Source: Archangium sp.
GTDB lineage: Bacteria > Myxococcota > Myxococcia > Myxococcales > Myxococcaceae
Reading direction: 5' to 3'
Length of the DNA: 64,000 nucleotides
Assembly (NCBI GenBank): GCA_035645295.1
Contig: DASQMW010000075.1
Span: 270 to 64,269, forward strand
In this document: positions 10,001-19,723 of the stretch, one piece after another
Layout of the letters: each line of letters opens with the position of its first letter
Numbering within the stretch: position 1 is the stretch's first letter
Made by a program: the position numbers and the translations under genes
Notes under the pieces: generated by a model
Databases searched by the model: none
What the model was told of the DNA's origin: nothing
Seen by the model: only the letters and a program-made list of their open reading frames with translations

Positions 10001-10993
10001 GCCCAGCTTCAGGGCTTCCGTTCACCGGAGGTGGAGCGGACCTACGGCCGGACCCGGGAGCTGCTTCTCCAGGTAGGTGAGGCCCTGCCCACGCTGGAGC
10101 CGTCCTACTGGGAGGTTTGTGCCTACCACCTGGCGCGCGCGGAGCTCCCCCCGCTCCAGGAGCTGGTCAAGCAGCTGGTGCGCCGGGGCAAACGCCAGCA
10201 TGACGGGGAGATGCGTGCCCTGGGCTACCGGATGATGGCCACCGTCTTCCTCTGCCGGGGACAGGTGCGGACCGCCGCGGAGTACAGCGAACGCGCGGAG
10301 GCGTGTGCGGGATTGGACCTCGGGCAGCTGGCGGTACGGCAGGCGATTGCTCCGCGGCTGATCGCCCTGGCCTACACTCCCGTCATCTACTCGGTCCTCG
10401 GACAGCCCGAGCAGGCCCGGCGCTACAGCCAGCGGGTCATCGAGCTCGCCGGGCACCTCGGCCACCCCCACACCACAGCCTTCGGGCTCACCTGTGTGGC
10501 GATGGCCTGCCAGTTCCGCGGGGAGGTCCAGGAAGCCTTGACGTGGGCGGACAAGGTCATCGCCCTCTGCGGCGAGCGCAACGATTGGGCCTGGCAGCTC
10601 TGGTCGATGTTCATCAGGGCCTGGGCCCTCTCCGAGCTCGGTCAACCGCTGCAGGGGCTCGTGCTCATGCGGCAGCTGGCCGAGCGGTGGCGGGCCCGGG
10701 GGATCAGCGCAGGAGTGTCCTACAACCTCAGCATGCTCGCGGGGCTCTACCTGAAGCTGGGGCGGATGGAGGAGGGACTGGCGACGGTGCGTGAGGCGCT
10801 GGCCGTGGTGAAGTCCACGGGCGAGCGCCTCTGCGAAGCCGAGCTGCACCGTCTCCAGGGAGAGTTCCTGCGCGCGGACGGAAGGGAGCGGGAAGCACGC
10901 TCCCGGTTCAGTGCCGCCCTGGCGCTCGCCCACAGACAGGGGGCTGGCCTCTTCGAAGAGCGCGCGGCGGCGAGCCTGGCGGAGCCCGGCTAG
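7037..10993 (+). CDS. Ser/Thr kinase - degenerate class III cyclase - AAA ATPase - TPR-like protein
   Basis: LGQGGMG, VALK, HRDLKPGN, DFG, APE; RRQVT...DDAERAVRAG...VGIHT; LVGRD, GEAGIGKS, IEDLHWA; helical C-terminus. Confidence 0.9.
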   Translation: MSMQSSLGSESDSFLRRLLQESSPPRMPFPGEQLGGREGHRFKVLEKLGQGGMGQVFRAWDAELLREVALKFLLPQPGLAEAALREARVIAHLDHENIVRIFDVGEWRGAPGERQVPFLVTEYLRGESLASLLRRERLGLRRTFEILDAITTGLAHAHQRHIVHRDLKPGNVFLTGQGTVKLLDFGLAHLTVSNSSYAPELPAGGTPAYMAPEQWHDARQDARTDVWAVGVLLYEMLTGRLPFPSATFEELREQVTSAQAVPPVRAHCPELPREVESLLSNALAKDPARRFPSALELRQELRELVVHLGLDPVAPRSSEPQRRQVTLLCCQLTGLVDSGKPLDPEDMDEWEAAFHQGCSDVIQQHGGSDAFHLAQEVMACFGHSQAREDDAERAVRAGLLLAGSLPENLRRRMPGGPQPGLAVKVGIHTDLMSLDVRAPAASGPALTLLGEVPKVAAWLAKQAGPGETLLGDTTGRIVRGAFELEPLGPRSFEGLSGTTALEVHRARRERQTVVRFDRALAAGDISPLVGRDRELQWLLDKWEQAQQGQGAFVLLHGEAGIGKSRLIRELIEKVSQQSAVLLQFQCWSQLFTSALQPVVQVLQRLFQLSGTDTPQQHLKELEERLGALGLSSEDVHVLGLLLSLPVAEDSAVRLFTPERRKEKTFAALVALFQRTTLVRPVLVTIEDLHWANSTQVEFLSFLLERIEGARVLVVLSARPEFQVGWPRRPPLHVLQVERLPAESAAILVTEVARGQRLPGETLQQLVSRTDGIPLFIEELTRMVLEGTPAGSTRDGGLPRSIPVTLRELLLARLDTLAPRQKALLQLCAVMGRDFTHALLAALADLDEESLRRGLAGLREAGLLQEREGTSEPSYQFRHALLQEAAYQSLSRNLRRRKHRRIAQVLTERFPEAVQSKPEVLAHHHTEAGESESAIQYWALAGHLARMRAAPVEAVRYLTQALTLLRGLPEDPRRLVEELQLVGTLGSPLAQLQGFRSPEVERTYGRTRELLLQVGEALPTLEPSYWEVCAYHLARAELPPLQELVKQLVRRGKRQHDGEMRALGYRMMATVFLCRGQVRTAAEYSERAEACAGLDLGQLAVRQAIAPRLIALAYTPVIYSVLGQPEQARRYSQRVIELAGHLGHPHTTAFGLTCVAMACQFRGEVQEALTWADKVIALCGERNDWAWQLWSMFIRAWALSELGQPLQGLVLMRQLAERWRARGISAGVSYNLSMLAGLYLKLGRMEEGLATVREALAVVKSTGERLCEAELHRLQGEFLRADGREREARSRFSAALALAHRQGAGLFEERAAASLAEPG

Positions 10994-11730
10994 GCACTCC
11001 GGAGCGCTCCTCCCGCCTCCAGCCCGGCATGGTGGCGCGCGGTGAACAGCAGCGCGAGCGCACTCAGGCCATGCCAGGCCGCGTGTCCTTGCAGCCAGTG
11101 ATTGTGTGGGTCGCACCACGCCCCCGTCACGTCCGCCACCGCGCATGCCGCCGCCGCGGCCATCAGCCCCACCGCCAGCCAGAAATCCCGGTACGACTCG
11201 CGCGGGCCGGCTCTCCGGGAGAGGTGCACCTCGGTCCCGACGATCAGCAGCACCGCCCCCAGCACCACGAGCTGGTAGGGGACCTGGGCGAGCCTCATCA
11301 CCGGCACGAGCAGGGTGCACCCCACCGTCAGCCCGGTGTGTACCGCGCCCACCCGCTCGCGCGGCAACCAGCCCACGCGGTGGATGTTCAGCGCCAGCAG
11401 CAGGAAGGCGAGCACGTACATGCCCACGAAGTCCAGGAGCTGGGTGGCGAAGTTGTTCGTCGCGTGGAAGGCGAAGGAGAATGCCCCCACGAGCAGCGTC
11501 GTCCACGCGAAGCGCCCCATGGCGCGGCTGCCCGTCGCCCGCCACCGCCACGCACACCACAGCGCCACCGCCAGGTAGGCCAGGTTGGACCAGGCATTCG
11601 CGGGCTCGTTCACCCAGGCGCACACCGTGGCCTCGCACCACTTCACGTTCGGCTCGCCCCAGGCCACTCGCATGTCCCACCAGGGGCAACCCGGCTGGAA
11701 GAGTTTTTCGGGTGCTGCCATGCCGTTCAT
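10990..11730 (-). CDS. Alkaline ceramidase-like membrane hydrolase (CREST superfamily)
   Basis: WCE...EPANAWSN, SFAFH, QLLD, HAAWH, about 7 TM. Confidence 0.8.
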   Translation of the reverse strand: MNGMAAPEKLFQPGCPWWDMRVAWGEPNVKWCEATVCAWVNEPANAWSNLAYLAVALWCAWRWRATGSRAMGRFAWTTLLVGAFSFAFHATNNFATQLLDFVGMYVLAFLLLALNIHRVGWLPRERVGAVHTGLTVGCTLLVPVMRLAQVPYQLVVLGAVLLIVGTEVHLSRRAGPRESYRDFWLAVGLMAAAAACAVADVTGAWCDPHNHWLQGHAAWHGLSALALLFTARHHAGLEAGGALRSA

Positions 11731-12087
11731 GGCCCCGAGCCTAGTCCTCGACAGAGGCAGAAAGAGCACGGATATCGCGCCTACATGTTACCACATGTTC
11801 GCACCCAAGGGGTCGATATGTCATGCCTACATTAGCGGCTTTTGTATGGACAAATCAATGAAATACATCCAAATAGCATGATGATATGTATTTGATTGAG
11901 ATGGCTTGGTATTTGCCTTGCATTTGAGATTGCTTTTCTTTCATTGCGTGTCATTGCGCGCGCCCGTGTTTGATTTGTGATTTGTTTGTTAATGCATACA
12001 TAAAATCAAATGCGTGTGTCTTTTATTTAAAGTCAGACTTCAATTGGCGTGGCGTGACAGTCATTGCATCGTATATCCTTGCATTGC

Positions 12088-12792
12088 ATGGGACTCGACG
12101 AGTTCGCGGGACACATCGACCAGTTGCTGGGCGCTTCCGCCGAGACGGGGGAGCGCACCTTGCTCGTCGTCGCACGCGAGCAGCCCGTCAGCCGCCTGGG
12201 GCTGGCGCTCGAACCGTGGGAGGGGCTCGCGGAGTGGGCGCGCTCGGAGCGGCTCGAGGCGCTCTTCCTCCATCGTCACTGGCGGCTCGACACGGCGGCA
12301 TTGCCTCCGGGACTCGGCGTGGTGGCCAATCACGCGCCGTTCGACGAGCGGCTCGGGCTCGGGTTCAACCGCCACCTGGCGCGAGTGCTGGGGCTCGAGT
12401 CCCTGGAGCCGCTCGGCGAGCGCGCCGGGCAGCCGCTCGGCATGGTGGGAAGCCTGGCGCCCCTGACTTCCCGCGAGTTCGTGCAACGGCTCGAGCAACA
12501 CTTTGGCGCGGTGGAGGACGTGGTGCCCGGGACCGCGGAGCGGGTGGAGCGCATCGCAGTGGTGCGGGCGATGAACGATGCGCTCGTGCGTGAGGCGGCC
12601 GGGCTCGGAGCCACCGCCTATGTGACCGGCCAACTGCGCGTCCCGGCCCAGCGGGCCCTCGTGGATACCGGGATGTGCGCCATCGCTATCGGGCACGCAC
12701 GCTCGGAGCGTTGGGGCCTCGGGCTCCTGGAGCGGCTCCTGCGCGAGCGGTGGCCCGCCCTCCACATCCTCGTGGCCCCACCACGGGACTGA
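12088..12792 (+). CDS. Nif3/YbgI-like dinuclear metal protein
   Basis: LFLHRH, HAPFD..LG.G.N..LA..LG, YVTG, IGHARSE.WG. Confidence 0.8.
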   Translation: MGLDEFAGHIDQLLGASAETGERTLLVVAREQPVSRLGLALEPWEGLAEWARSERLEALFLHRHWRLDTAALPPGLGVVANHAPFDERLGLGFNRHLARVLGLESLEPLGERAGQPLGMVGSLAPLTSREFVQRLEQHFGAVEDVVPGTAERVERIAVVRAMNDALVREAAGLGATAYVTGQLRVPAQRALVDTGMCAIAIGHARSERWGLGLLERLLRERWPALHILVAPPRD

Positions 12793-12798
12793 GAGGGT

Positions 12799-13941
12799 TC
12801 AATCCAAGGGATGGCTGGCGCCGCGCAGGGCCTCGTCCACGAGCCAGGAGGGCACCGCCAGCGCTCCGGCCACCTGCCGCAGCTCCAGGAAACCCAGGTT
12901 GTCCACGACTCCGTCCGGGGCCGTCAGCAGGGTGAGGTGCTGCACCAGCCGGGCCCGCTCGGACACGGTCGCCCTCTCCTGGAGCATCTGCTCCAGCACG
13001 GGCGGGAGCTTTCTCGTCGACAGGGCCAGTTGCAGCAGCTCGGAATGCTCGGACTTCTCGATGTAGGTGGGATCCAGCTCCCGGAGGTCCCACGCCAACA
13101 GGGTGTCGGCATCCTCGTCCGACAGTCCTTCCTCGCTCGCGTAGTGGCCCGCGCTCTTCAGGAAGGTCCTCGTCTTGGAGAACGCCGCGAGGGCACGCAC
13201 CCGCCACGGGCTGAAGGCCTGGGAGCGGAAACAACCGAGTGCCTCATCGTCCTCGCTGCGCCGCTCGCGGGCCGACGGATCGGACAGGAGCGCGTCCACA
13301 TGGCGCGTCGCCGCCTGCAGCTCGGACTTCACCGAGCCGGAGGTCCATCCGCTCACCCAGGCGAGCAGGGCGCTCGCGGAGGCTTCCAGCTCCCTGGCGC
13401 ACAGCAATCCCGCGCGGTCGGCGCTGGCCTCGGCCGCCCGGTTCCACCGGTACAGCCCGAGGGCCGTGGCGGGGGAGACGAGCCTTCCGGACTCGTCCCA
13501 GGCGAGCGCCGTGGCCGGCAGGGGGAGGGTGAAATGCTCGAAGGCGAGGTGCCCGAGCTGGTGCCCGAGGATGAAGCGCAGCGGGGCCTCCTGGAACACC
13601 TCCAGGAGCCGGGAGGACAGGACGATGGCGGGCGTGTCCGGCGGGGCATACACCGCGGCGGCCCGGATCATGGGATCGGGGTTGATGAACACGTCCACGG
13701 GCCCTTCGTGGCCCAGGATCTCCTTGCAGGAGGCCAGTGCATCCAGGACGCGCGGGGCCACCGCGCGCGTCAGCTTGAAGGCGTTCGAGAGCAGCTGCCT
13801 CCGCCTCGCGACGGCGCCGAACCCACCCGGCATCCCGTCCACGTGCCGCAGCGCCCGCTGGGTGTCCTCGCCGGCGAGGAGTTCGTCGCGCAAGCGGCGC
13901 TCGAGCGCGGACTGGAAGATGCTCGGATTCACATGCGCCAT
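12799..13941 (-). CDS. M48-like peptidase homolog (HQLGH, probably inactive) with TerB-like tail
   Basis: FILGHQLGH, WNRAAEASADRAGLL, C-terminal APDG.VD...L..VA..L. Confidence 0.75.
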   Translation of the reverse strand: MAHVNPSIFQSALERRLRDELLAGEDTQRALRHVDGMPGGFGAVARRRQLLSNAFKLTRAVAPRVLDALASCKEILGHEGPVDVFINPDPMIRAAAVYAPPDTPAIVLSSRLLEVFQEAPLRFILGHQLGHLAFEHFTLPLPATALAWDESGRLVSPATALGLYRWNRAAEASADRAGLLCARELEASASALLAWVSGWTSGSVKSELQAATRHVDALLSDPSARERRSEDDEALGCFRSQAFSPWRVRALAAFSKTRTFLKSAGHYASEEGLSDEDADTLLAWDLRELDPTYIEKSEHSELLQLALSTRKLPPVLEQMLQERATVSERARLVQHLTLLTAPDGVVDNLGFLELRQVAGALAVPSWLVDEALRGASHPLD

Positions 13942-14047
13942 CGTGGGGAAGGCCTCCTGCCGCCAGCGTACCTCAACCTCGCCGCGCGGCGAGCCGTTCG
14001 GAAGGGGGTCTGGACGTATCACCGGGGACCAGGGAGCATGGGGCACC

Positions 14048-16333
14048 ATGCAACTCCAAAGTGTCCTGACCCGTCTCGTGGGGCTTGTCCTCCTCGCGCT
14101 CACGCTCCAGGCCTGCCCGTTCCCGGATGAACCGGCTCCCCCGACTCCGCCGGCTTGCGGGCCGTCGAACTGTGATGGCTGCTGCCGCGTGGACGGCCGG
14201 TGCATGGCGGGCACGGCCCTCACCATCTGCGGCCGGGGAGGGGAGCAGTGTCAAAGCTGCTCCGGGACCGGAGTGTGCGGCTCCGGCGTGTGCGCGGCTC
14301 CGCCGGACGCCGGGCTCAAGCCGGATGGAGGCGCACCGGACGCGGGCATCCCACCAGACGCGGGGACACTTCCGGATGCCGGAAGTCCACCCGACGCGGG
14401 GACACTTCCAGACGCGGGGGAGCCAGATGGGGGCAGTGGGGACTCAGGGGTGGTGGACGCGGGGGGACCCTCGGGCGCCGGGTGCTCGGCCCCCATCCCG
14501 CTCAAGGTGGTGGATGGTGGAGCCTTCGTGGTGGGCGATACCTCCGGTCACGAGGATCTCGGCGCGGGCCCGTGCGGTGGAGCCGGCGGCGGGGATGTGG
14601 TGTACGAGCTCCAGCTTCCCCCCCGGAGCGGCAACATGGTGGTCACCGTCGAGCCACTCTCGAGCGGCGGGCTCCAGCCCGTCGTCTACATGAACACGCT
14701 GTGCGACACGCCCAAGTACTGCGTCGCGGCGGGGACGGAGCGGGCGACGGCCACCCTGGTGAGCCCTACTCCGACGGGCGGGAAGTACTACCTCTGGGTG
14801 GATGGGGCCCCGGGCAGCGCCGGGCCGTACTCGCTCCGTGTCGCGTCCTTCAAGGATCTGGGCGAGTCCTGCGGTGCTCCCATGGATCTGCCGTTCGGCG
14901 CGGGCGAGGCGAACATCTCCGTGTCGGAAACGAGCTGGGTGCATGACACGCGTGGCAGTTGTGAGGCGTGGACGAACAGCGGCGATCACGTGTACCGCCT
15001 GACGGTGGATCGCCCGCAGAACCTGGAGGTGCACACCTCGGCGAGGTTCTTCCTGGGCAACACGTACCTGCGCAGCGTCTGCGGCGGCGGTGAGCTCGCG
15101 TGCACCAGCGGCGGCGAGCTCCGGCGCCAGCAGCTCCCCCCCGGGACGTACTACCTCTGGCGGGACACGCCCGGGGATGCCTACGACCTGTACGCGCACC
15201 TCTCGGATCCCCTCCCGGGCGACTCGTGCTCGACGGCCAGGCCGCTCGTCTTCCCGGACGGAGAGGAGGGGGGGGCCGTGACGGAGCGTGCCACCACGGT
15301 GGGCATGTTCGATGACGATCTCTCGGGGTGCGGCACCGTGGGCGCGCACGATCTCGTCTACACCTTTACCACCTCGAAAACCCTCGACTTCCGGGCCAGC
15401 GCGGCCGACCACTGGTTGACGCTCCGGAGCGCCACCTGCTCGGGGACGCAGCTCGCGTGCGGCACGGACAACCTCGCCGTGGGCGCCCTGCCGCCCGGGA
15501 CGTATTACCTCTGGCTCGACAACCGCTCCTCCACCGGCAACCCCTTCACCCTCTCGGCGAGCCTGACACCGGCCTCCCCGGGCGATACGTGTGCCAGCCC
15601 CGAGCCGCTCGTGTTCTCCGGCGGCGCGCTCGGCGGTGATGCCGAGGCGCGGGGCACCCTGTCCACCCGCTTCCACAACTCGAGCGGGAGCTGCGGTGGC
15701 GCGGGCAACGATCATGTCTACTCGTTCACCACGTCTACACCGCTGAACTTCCGCGCCTCCTCGAGCGCCGGCTACGTGTACCTGCGCTCCGGGGATTGTT
15801 CGTCGGGCACGGAGCTGGCCTGCGGCTACTACTCCGAGATCGAAGCCACCGGGCTGGCCGCCGGGACGTACCACCTGTGGGTGGATTCGACCTCGGGCGG
15901 AACCTCGAGCTACACGCTGAGGGCCGCGTTGACGCCGCCGCTCTGCCAGGCTCCGATCCCGCTCGTCTTCAAGAGTGGAGACGATGGCGGGACGGCCCTG
16001 GTGGCGGCCACCTCTGGCGATACCTCCAGCGCGTTCTCCACGACGCAGGGCTCGTGTGGCGGGAGCGGCGGGCGGGACGTGGTCTACTCCTTCGAGCTCA
16101 CGGAGCCCCGGCGGCTCGACGCCACGGTCACCTCCAACGTGTCGGGCTTCCGGCCGGCGCTGTACCTGCGCGCGAGCTGCGACGCGGACGAGTTGGCCTG
16201 CGTGGTGGCCCCGCCGGTGAGTGACGACGCGGTGCTCTCCACCGGTCCGCTGCCGCCCGGGAAGTACTACCTCTGGGTGGATGGGTTCACCGGCTCGGCA
16301 GGCTCCTACTCCTTGACCGCGACGCTGAACTGA
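14048..16333 (+). CDS. Cys-rich lipoprotein with PDAG linker and five PPC-like beta-sandwich repeats
   Basis: LQAC lipobox; five C..P.PL...GSCGG.G.D.VY...LPPG.YYLWVD modules. Confidence 0.85.
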   Translation: MQLQSVLTRLVGLVLLALTLQACPFPDEPAPPTPPACGPSNCDGCCRVDGRCMAGTALTICGRGGEQCQSCSGTGVCGSGVCAAPPDAGLKPDGGAPDAGIPPDAGTLPDAGSPPDAGTLPDAGEPDGGSGDSGVVDAGGPSGAGCSAPIPLKVVDGGAFVVGDTSGHEDLGAGPCGGAGGGDVVYELQLPPRSGNMVVTVEPLSSGGLQPVVYMNTLCDTPKYCVAAGTERATATLVSPTPTGGKYYLWVDGAPGSAGPYSLRVASFKDLGESCGAPMDLPFGAGEANISVSETSWVHDTRGSCEAWTNSGDHVYRLTVDRPQNLEVHTSARFFLGNTYLRSVCGGGELACTSGGELRRQQLPPGTYYLWRDTPGDAYDLYAHLSDPLPGDSCSTARPLVFPDGEEGGAVTERATTVGMFDDDLSGCGTVGAHDLVYTFTTSKTLDFRASAADHWLTLRSATCSGTQLACGTDNLAVGALPPGTYYLWLDNRSSTGNPFTLSASLTPASPGDTCASPEPLVFSGGALGGDAEARGTLSTRFHNSSGSCGGAGNDHVYSFTTSTPLNFRASSSAGYVYLRSGDCSSGTELACGYYSEIEATGLAAGTYHLWVDSTSGGTSSYTLRAALTPPLCQAPIPLVFKSGDDGGTALVAATSGDTSSAFSTTQGSCGGSGGRDVVYSFELTEPRRLDATVTSNVSGFRPALYLRASCDADELACVVAPPVSDDAVLSTGPLPPGKYYLWVDGFTGSAGSYSLTATLN

Positions 16334-16360
16334 CGCGGACCGCTCTCCGAGGCACACTTC

Positions 16361-19300
16361 ATGGCCCCTTCCGATGCGGTCCCCGGGACCCTCGCGTTCT
16401 CTACGCCGCTCGTGTGCCAGCAGCTCTGGAACGGGGACCACCAGGTGTTCCCCGTGGCCGCGCCGGCCCTGACGAGCCATGCCCCCACGCTCGAGGCCTG
16501 TCTGGGCGAGCAGCGCCTGTTCCTCGAGGAGCACCTGTCCAGGGTGGAGCCCGAGGAGCTCGCCCGCTTCTCCTTCCCCGAGCAGGTGCGGCTGGAGATG
16601 CTGGAGATCCTCGCGCCCCGCGCCGATCTGCCCAAGCGCCTCGTCAAGCCCGTCACCGTCGAGCTGGCCACCATCGTGGTACCGCTCCCGGAGGAGACGT
16701 GGGTCTTCGTCCCGGCGATCGATCACACCGTCTACGTGGGCAAGAACCAGGACGTCCGGGAGACGGTGCGCGCGGACGTGGAGCGGCTGCTCGCCGCACG
16801 GGAGCCGGCCGCCCATGAGTACCTGCGGCTGCTGCCTCCGAAGTCCGTGACGCTCGAGACCGTCCAGCTCGCGCTCCGGCGCCAGGACGCGAGCGACAAG
16901 GCCCGGCAGGCGAAGAAGAAGCTGGAGGAGAAGCTCAAGCGCGAGCAGGCGCACCAGGTGCTCCTCTCCGTCTCCACGCCGCTGCACGATCGCGACGAGG
17001 CCCGGCATGGGCCGCCCCTCATCGCCCGGGACACCGAGCTCGCGCTGCTGTCGGGCCTGCTCGGCGGAGAGAAGCGGCAGGGCGTGCTGCTCGTGGGCCC
17101 GGAGCTCGTGGGCAAGACGGAGCTGCTCCACGCCTGGCTCCGCGCCGAGCGGAAGGCCGGACGCGAGCGGCGGGTGTACGCGACGAGCGGCTCACGGTTG
17201 ATCGCCGGCATGTCCGGCTTCGGCCAGTGGCAGGAGCGCGTGCTGCGGGTGATGCGCGCGGCGCAGGACCTCGACGCCGTCTTGTATTTCGAGAACCTCG
17301 GTGAGCTGCTCGCGCAGCACTCCACGGGGCACGTCGACATCCCCGGCGCGATGAAGCCTTTCCTGGAGGAGGGCCGGGTACGGTTCCTCGGAGAGCTCAC
17401 CCCGGAGTCGTTGGACCTGCTCGAGAACCGGCACCCGGGCCTCTTCGCGGTGCTCGGACGCGTGCGCCTGGAGCCGCTGGGGACCCGGCAGACGCGCGAG
17501 GCGCTCCGGACCCGGGCGGCGTGGCAGCGGCAGGCGGAGCCCTCCCGGTCCTCGCTGGCCGAGGACGCGGTGGATCCGCTCGTGGACCTGGCCGAGCGCT
17601 ACCTGCCGAGCCGCGCGCTGCCCGGCAAGGCGATCCGCCTGTACGAGGAGATGCGCGTGGGCCTGCAACAGGAGCGCACGGACACGGGACAGGTGCCCAT
17701 GCTCACCCGCGAGCGCGTGTACTCGCTCTTCAGCCTCAAGACCGGCGTCCCCGAGTTCCTGCTGCGCGAGGATCGCGCGCTGCTCGCCGCGGAGGTCGAG
17801 GCGTCCTTCCGCCGCCAGCTCGTCGGCCAGGAGACCGCGGTGCGCCGCGTCGTGGAGACGCTGTGCATGGTGAAGGCGGGGCTCCAGCCCCAGGGCAAGC
17901 CGCTGGCCACCTTCCTCTTCGTGGGCCCCACTGGCGTTGGGAAGACGGAGCTCGCGCGGCTGCTCGCCACGTTCCTCTTCGGCTCGCCGGAGCGGATGTT
18001 CCGCTTCGACATGAGCGAGTTCATGGACAGTTGGGCCGCCGAGCGGCTCATCCGGGGCAACAGCCAGGGCGAGGGGCTGCTCACGCGCCGTGTCCGCCAG
18101 CAGCCCTTCTGCGTGCTCCTGCTCGACGAGATCGAGAAAGCCCACCCGGCTGTGTTCGATCTGCTCCTGCAGGTCTGTGGGGAAGGGCGGCTCACGGATG
18201 CGCGGGGGCAGACGGCCTGGTTCCACAACGCCATCATCATCATGACGAGCAACCTCGGGGTGGCGCACCGCCGCTCCCCGCTGGGCATCGGCGCCACCTC
18301 GGTGGACGACACCTCGTACTACCTGCGCGAGGTGCACCGTCACTTCCGGCCCGAGTTCGTCAACCGCATCGACCAACTCATTCCCTTCCACGCGCTCACC
18401 TCCGAGCAGGCGGCGGAGGTGGCCCGGCTCGGCGTGGAGCGGCTGCGGCAGCGGCGCGGTCTGTTCCAGCGGGGCGTCTCGCTCTTCGTGCCTCCCGAGA
18501 TCACCACCGCGCTCGCCACCTCCGGCTACCAGGAGGCCTATGGCGCCCGGGCCATGCGCAGGCACCTGGACCAGCAGCTCGTCGTCCCCATTGCCCGCGC
18601 GCTCTCCGCGGCCGGGCCCGACGCCCAGGGCGGACGCGTGGTGATCGCTTCCCGTCCCGATGGGATCGCGGTGGAGCTGACCAAGGGTAGCCCGAAGACG
18701 GCGCGCAACCAGCTCGACCTCGTGCGCGACATGCAGGCGCAGCGGCGGGTCATCGACACGCTCTTCCGGATGGATGCCGTGGAGCATGTCGGGGAGCGGA
18801 TCCACTTCCTGGTGGCCCAGCTCACCCAGGGCGACCAGAAGAAGCTGCGAGGGCCCGAAGCCGCTTCGCTGGGACAGCTCCAGCACGAGCACAGCCGGCT
18901 CGATGCGCTCTGGAGCGAGGCCTGGCGGTTGCGCTCGGCGCTCCTGGCCGCCGAGGAGCTGGCGTTGATGGCGCTCTTCGAGCAGCAGGATGCCACCCCC
19001 TTCGTGGACGATGCCCTGCAGCAGATGAAGGCCATCCGCCAGTTGATGCCGTCCGTGCTGCTCGCGCTCCAGCCCCGGCGGGATCAGATCACCCTCATCC
19101 TCCAGGAGGCCGGGGAGACGCGCGGCCTCGAGCGCTGGCTGCTCTCTCTGATCGAGGATGCGCCCCGGCGAGGCTGGACGGTCGAAGGCCGCCTCTCGGT
19201 TACGCACAAGGGCAGCGAGCGCAAGCGCAAATGGGACGACAAGCTCCTCAACGCGGAGCAGCTTCGGAAGGAGCTCACCGCGCCCTCACGGGCCTTCCGG

Positions 19301-19723
19301 GAGGTGCTGCTGTTGGTCAACGGGACGAACGCGGGGGCCTTCCTGGCGCTCGAGGCCGGGTTTCATCGCTACCCGCCCACGGAGAAGGACGAGCTGGTCC
19401 AGATCGAGGTCAGGCCCGTGGCGATGTCCACCCAGTTGTTCCAGAAGGAGCTGGATCTGCCGGCCATCGCCCCTCCGGCGCAACGGGCGGGCAAGGAGTT
19501 CCGGGAGCTCCGGCTGATGCCCGCCGTCCGTGAGTACCTCCCCAGTGGTGAGCTCCTGCTGTGCGATGGCGCGCGCAAGCTTCCGCTCGACGCCTGGGAG
19601 CACTTCCAGTCGCTCGAACGGCTCCTGCTCGAACACATCCTCCTGCTCGAACACGCTGGAAATTTCGATCCCGAGAGTGGCCCCTCCTTCGTGCTCGACG
19701 TGATCAGGGGGCCGGCACGATGA
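16361..19723 (+). CDS. ClpA/B-like AAA+ ATPase 1 with C-terminal release-factor-like region
   Basis: D1 GPELVGKT; D2 GPTGVGKTE, FDMSEF, LLDEIEKAHP, GRLTD, TSNLG, FRPEFVNRID, YGAR. Confidence 0.9.
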   Translation: MAPSDAVPGTLAFSTPLVCQQLWNGDHQVFPVAAPALTSHAPTLEACLGEQRLFLEEHLSRVEPEELARFSFPEQVRLEMLEILAPRADLPKRLVKPVTVELATIVVPLPEETWVFVPAIDHTVYVGKNQDVRETVRADVERLLAAREPAAHEYLRLLPPKSVTLETVQLALRRQDASDKARQAKKKLEEKLKREQAHQVLLSVSTPLHDRDEARHGPPLIARDTELALLSGLLGGEKRQGVLLVGPELVGKTELLHAWLRAERKAGRERRVYATSGSRLIAGMSGFGQWQERVLRVMRAAQDLDAVLYFENLGELLAQHSTGHVDIPGAMKPFLEEGRVRFLGELTPESLDLLENRHPGLFAVLGRVRLEPLGTRQTREALRTRAAWQRQAEPSRSSLAEDAVDPLVDLAERYLPSRALPGKAIRLYEEMRVGLQQERTDTGQVPMLTRERVYSLFSLKTGVPEFLLREDRALLAAEVEASFRRQLVGQETAVRRVVETLCMVKAGLQPQGKPLATFLFVGPTGVGKTELARLLATFLFGSPERMFRFDMSEFMDSWAAERLIRGNSQGEGLLTRRVRQQPFCVLLLDEIEKAHPAVFDLLLQVCGEGRLTDARGQTAWFHNAIIIMTSNLGVAHRRSPLGIGATSVDDTSYYLREVHRHFRPEFVNRIDQLIPFHALTSEQAAEVARLGVERLRQRRGLFQRGVSLFVPPEITTALATSGYQEAYGARAMRRHLDQQLVVPIARALSAAGPDAQGGRVVIASRPDGIAVELTKGSPKTARNQLDLVRDMQAQRRVIDTLFRMDAVEHVGERIHFLVAQLTQGDQKKLRGPEAASLGQLQHEHSRLDALWSEAWRLRSALLAAEELALMALFEQQDATPFVDDALQQMKAIRQLMPSVLLALQPRRDQITLILQEAGETRGLERWLLSLIEDAPRRGWTVEGRLSVTHKGSERKRKWDDKLLNAEQLRKELTAPSRAFREVLLLVNGTNAGAFLALEAGFHRYPPTEKDELVQIEVRPVAMSTQLFQKELDLPAIAPPAQRAGKEFRELRLMPAVREYLPSGELLLCDGARKLPLDAWEHFQSLERLLLEHILLLEHAGNFDPESGPSFVLDVIRGPAR

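Noticed and set aside
6073-14460. PDAG repeats (6073-6200 and about 14300-14460) as CRISPR or VNTR
   Set aside because: They are in-frame low-complexity protein linkers with no unique spacers and no cas genes.
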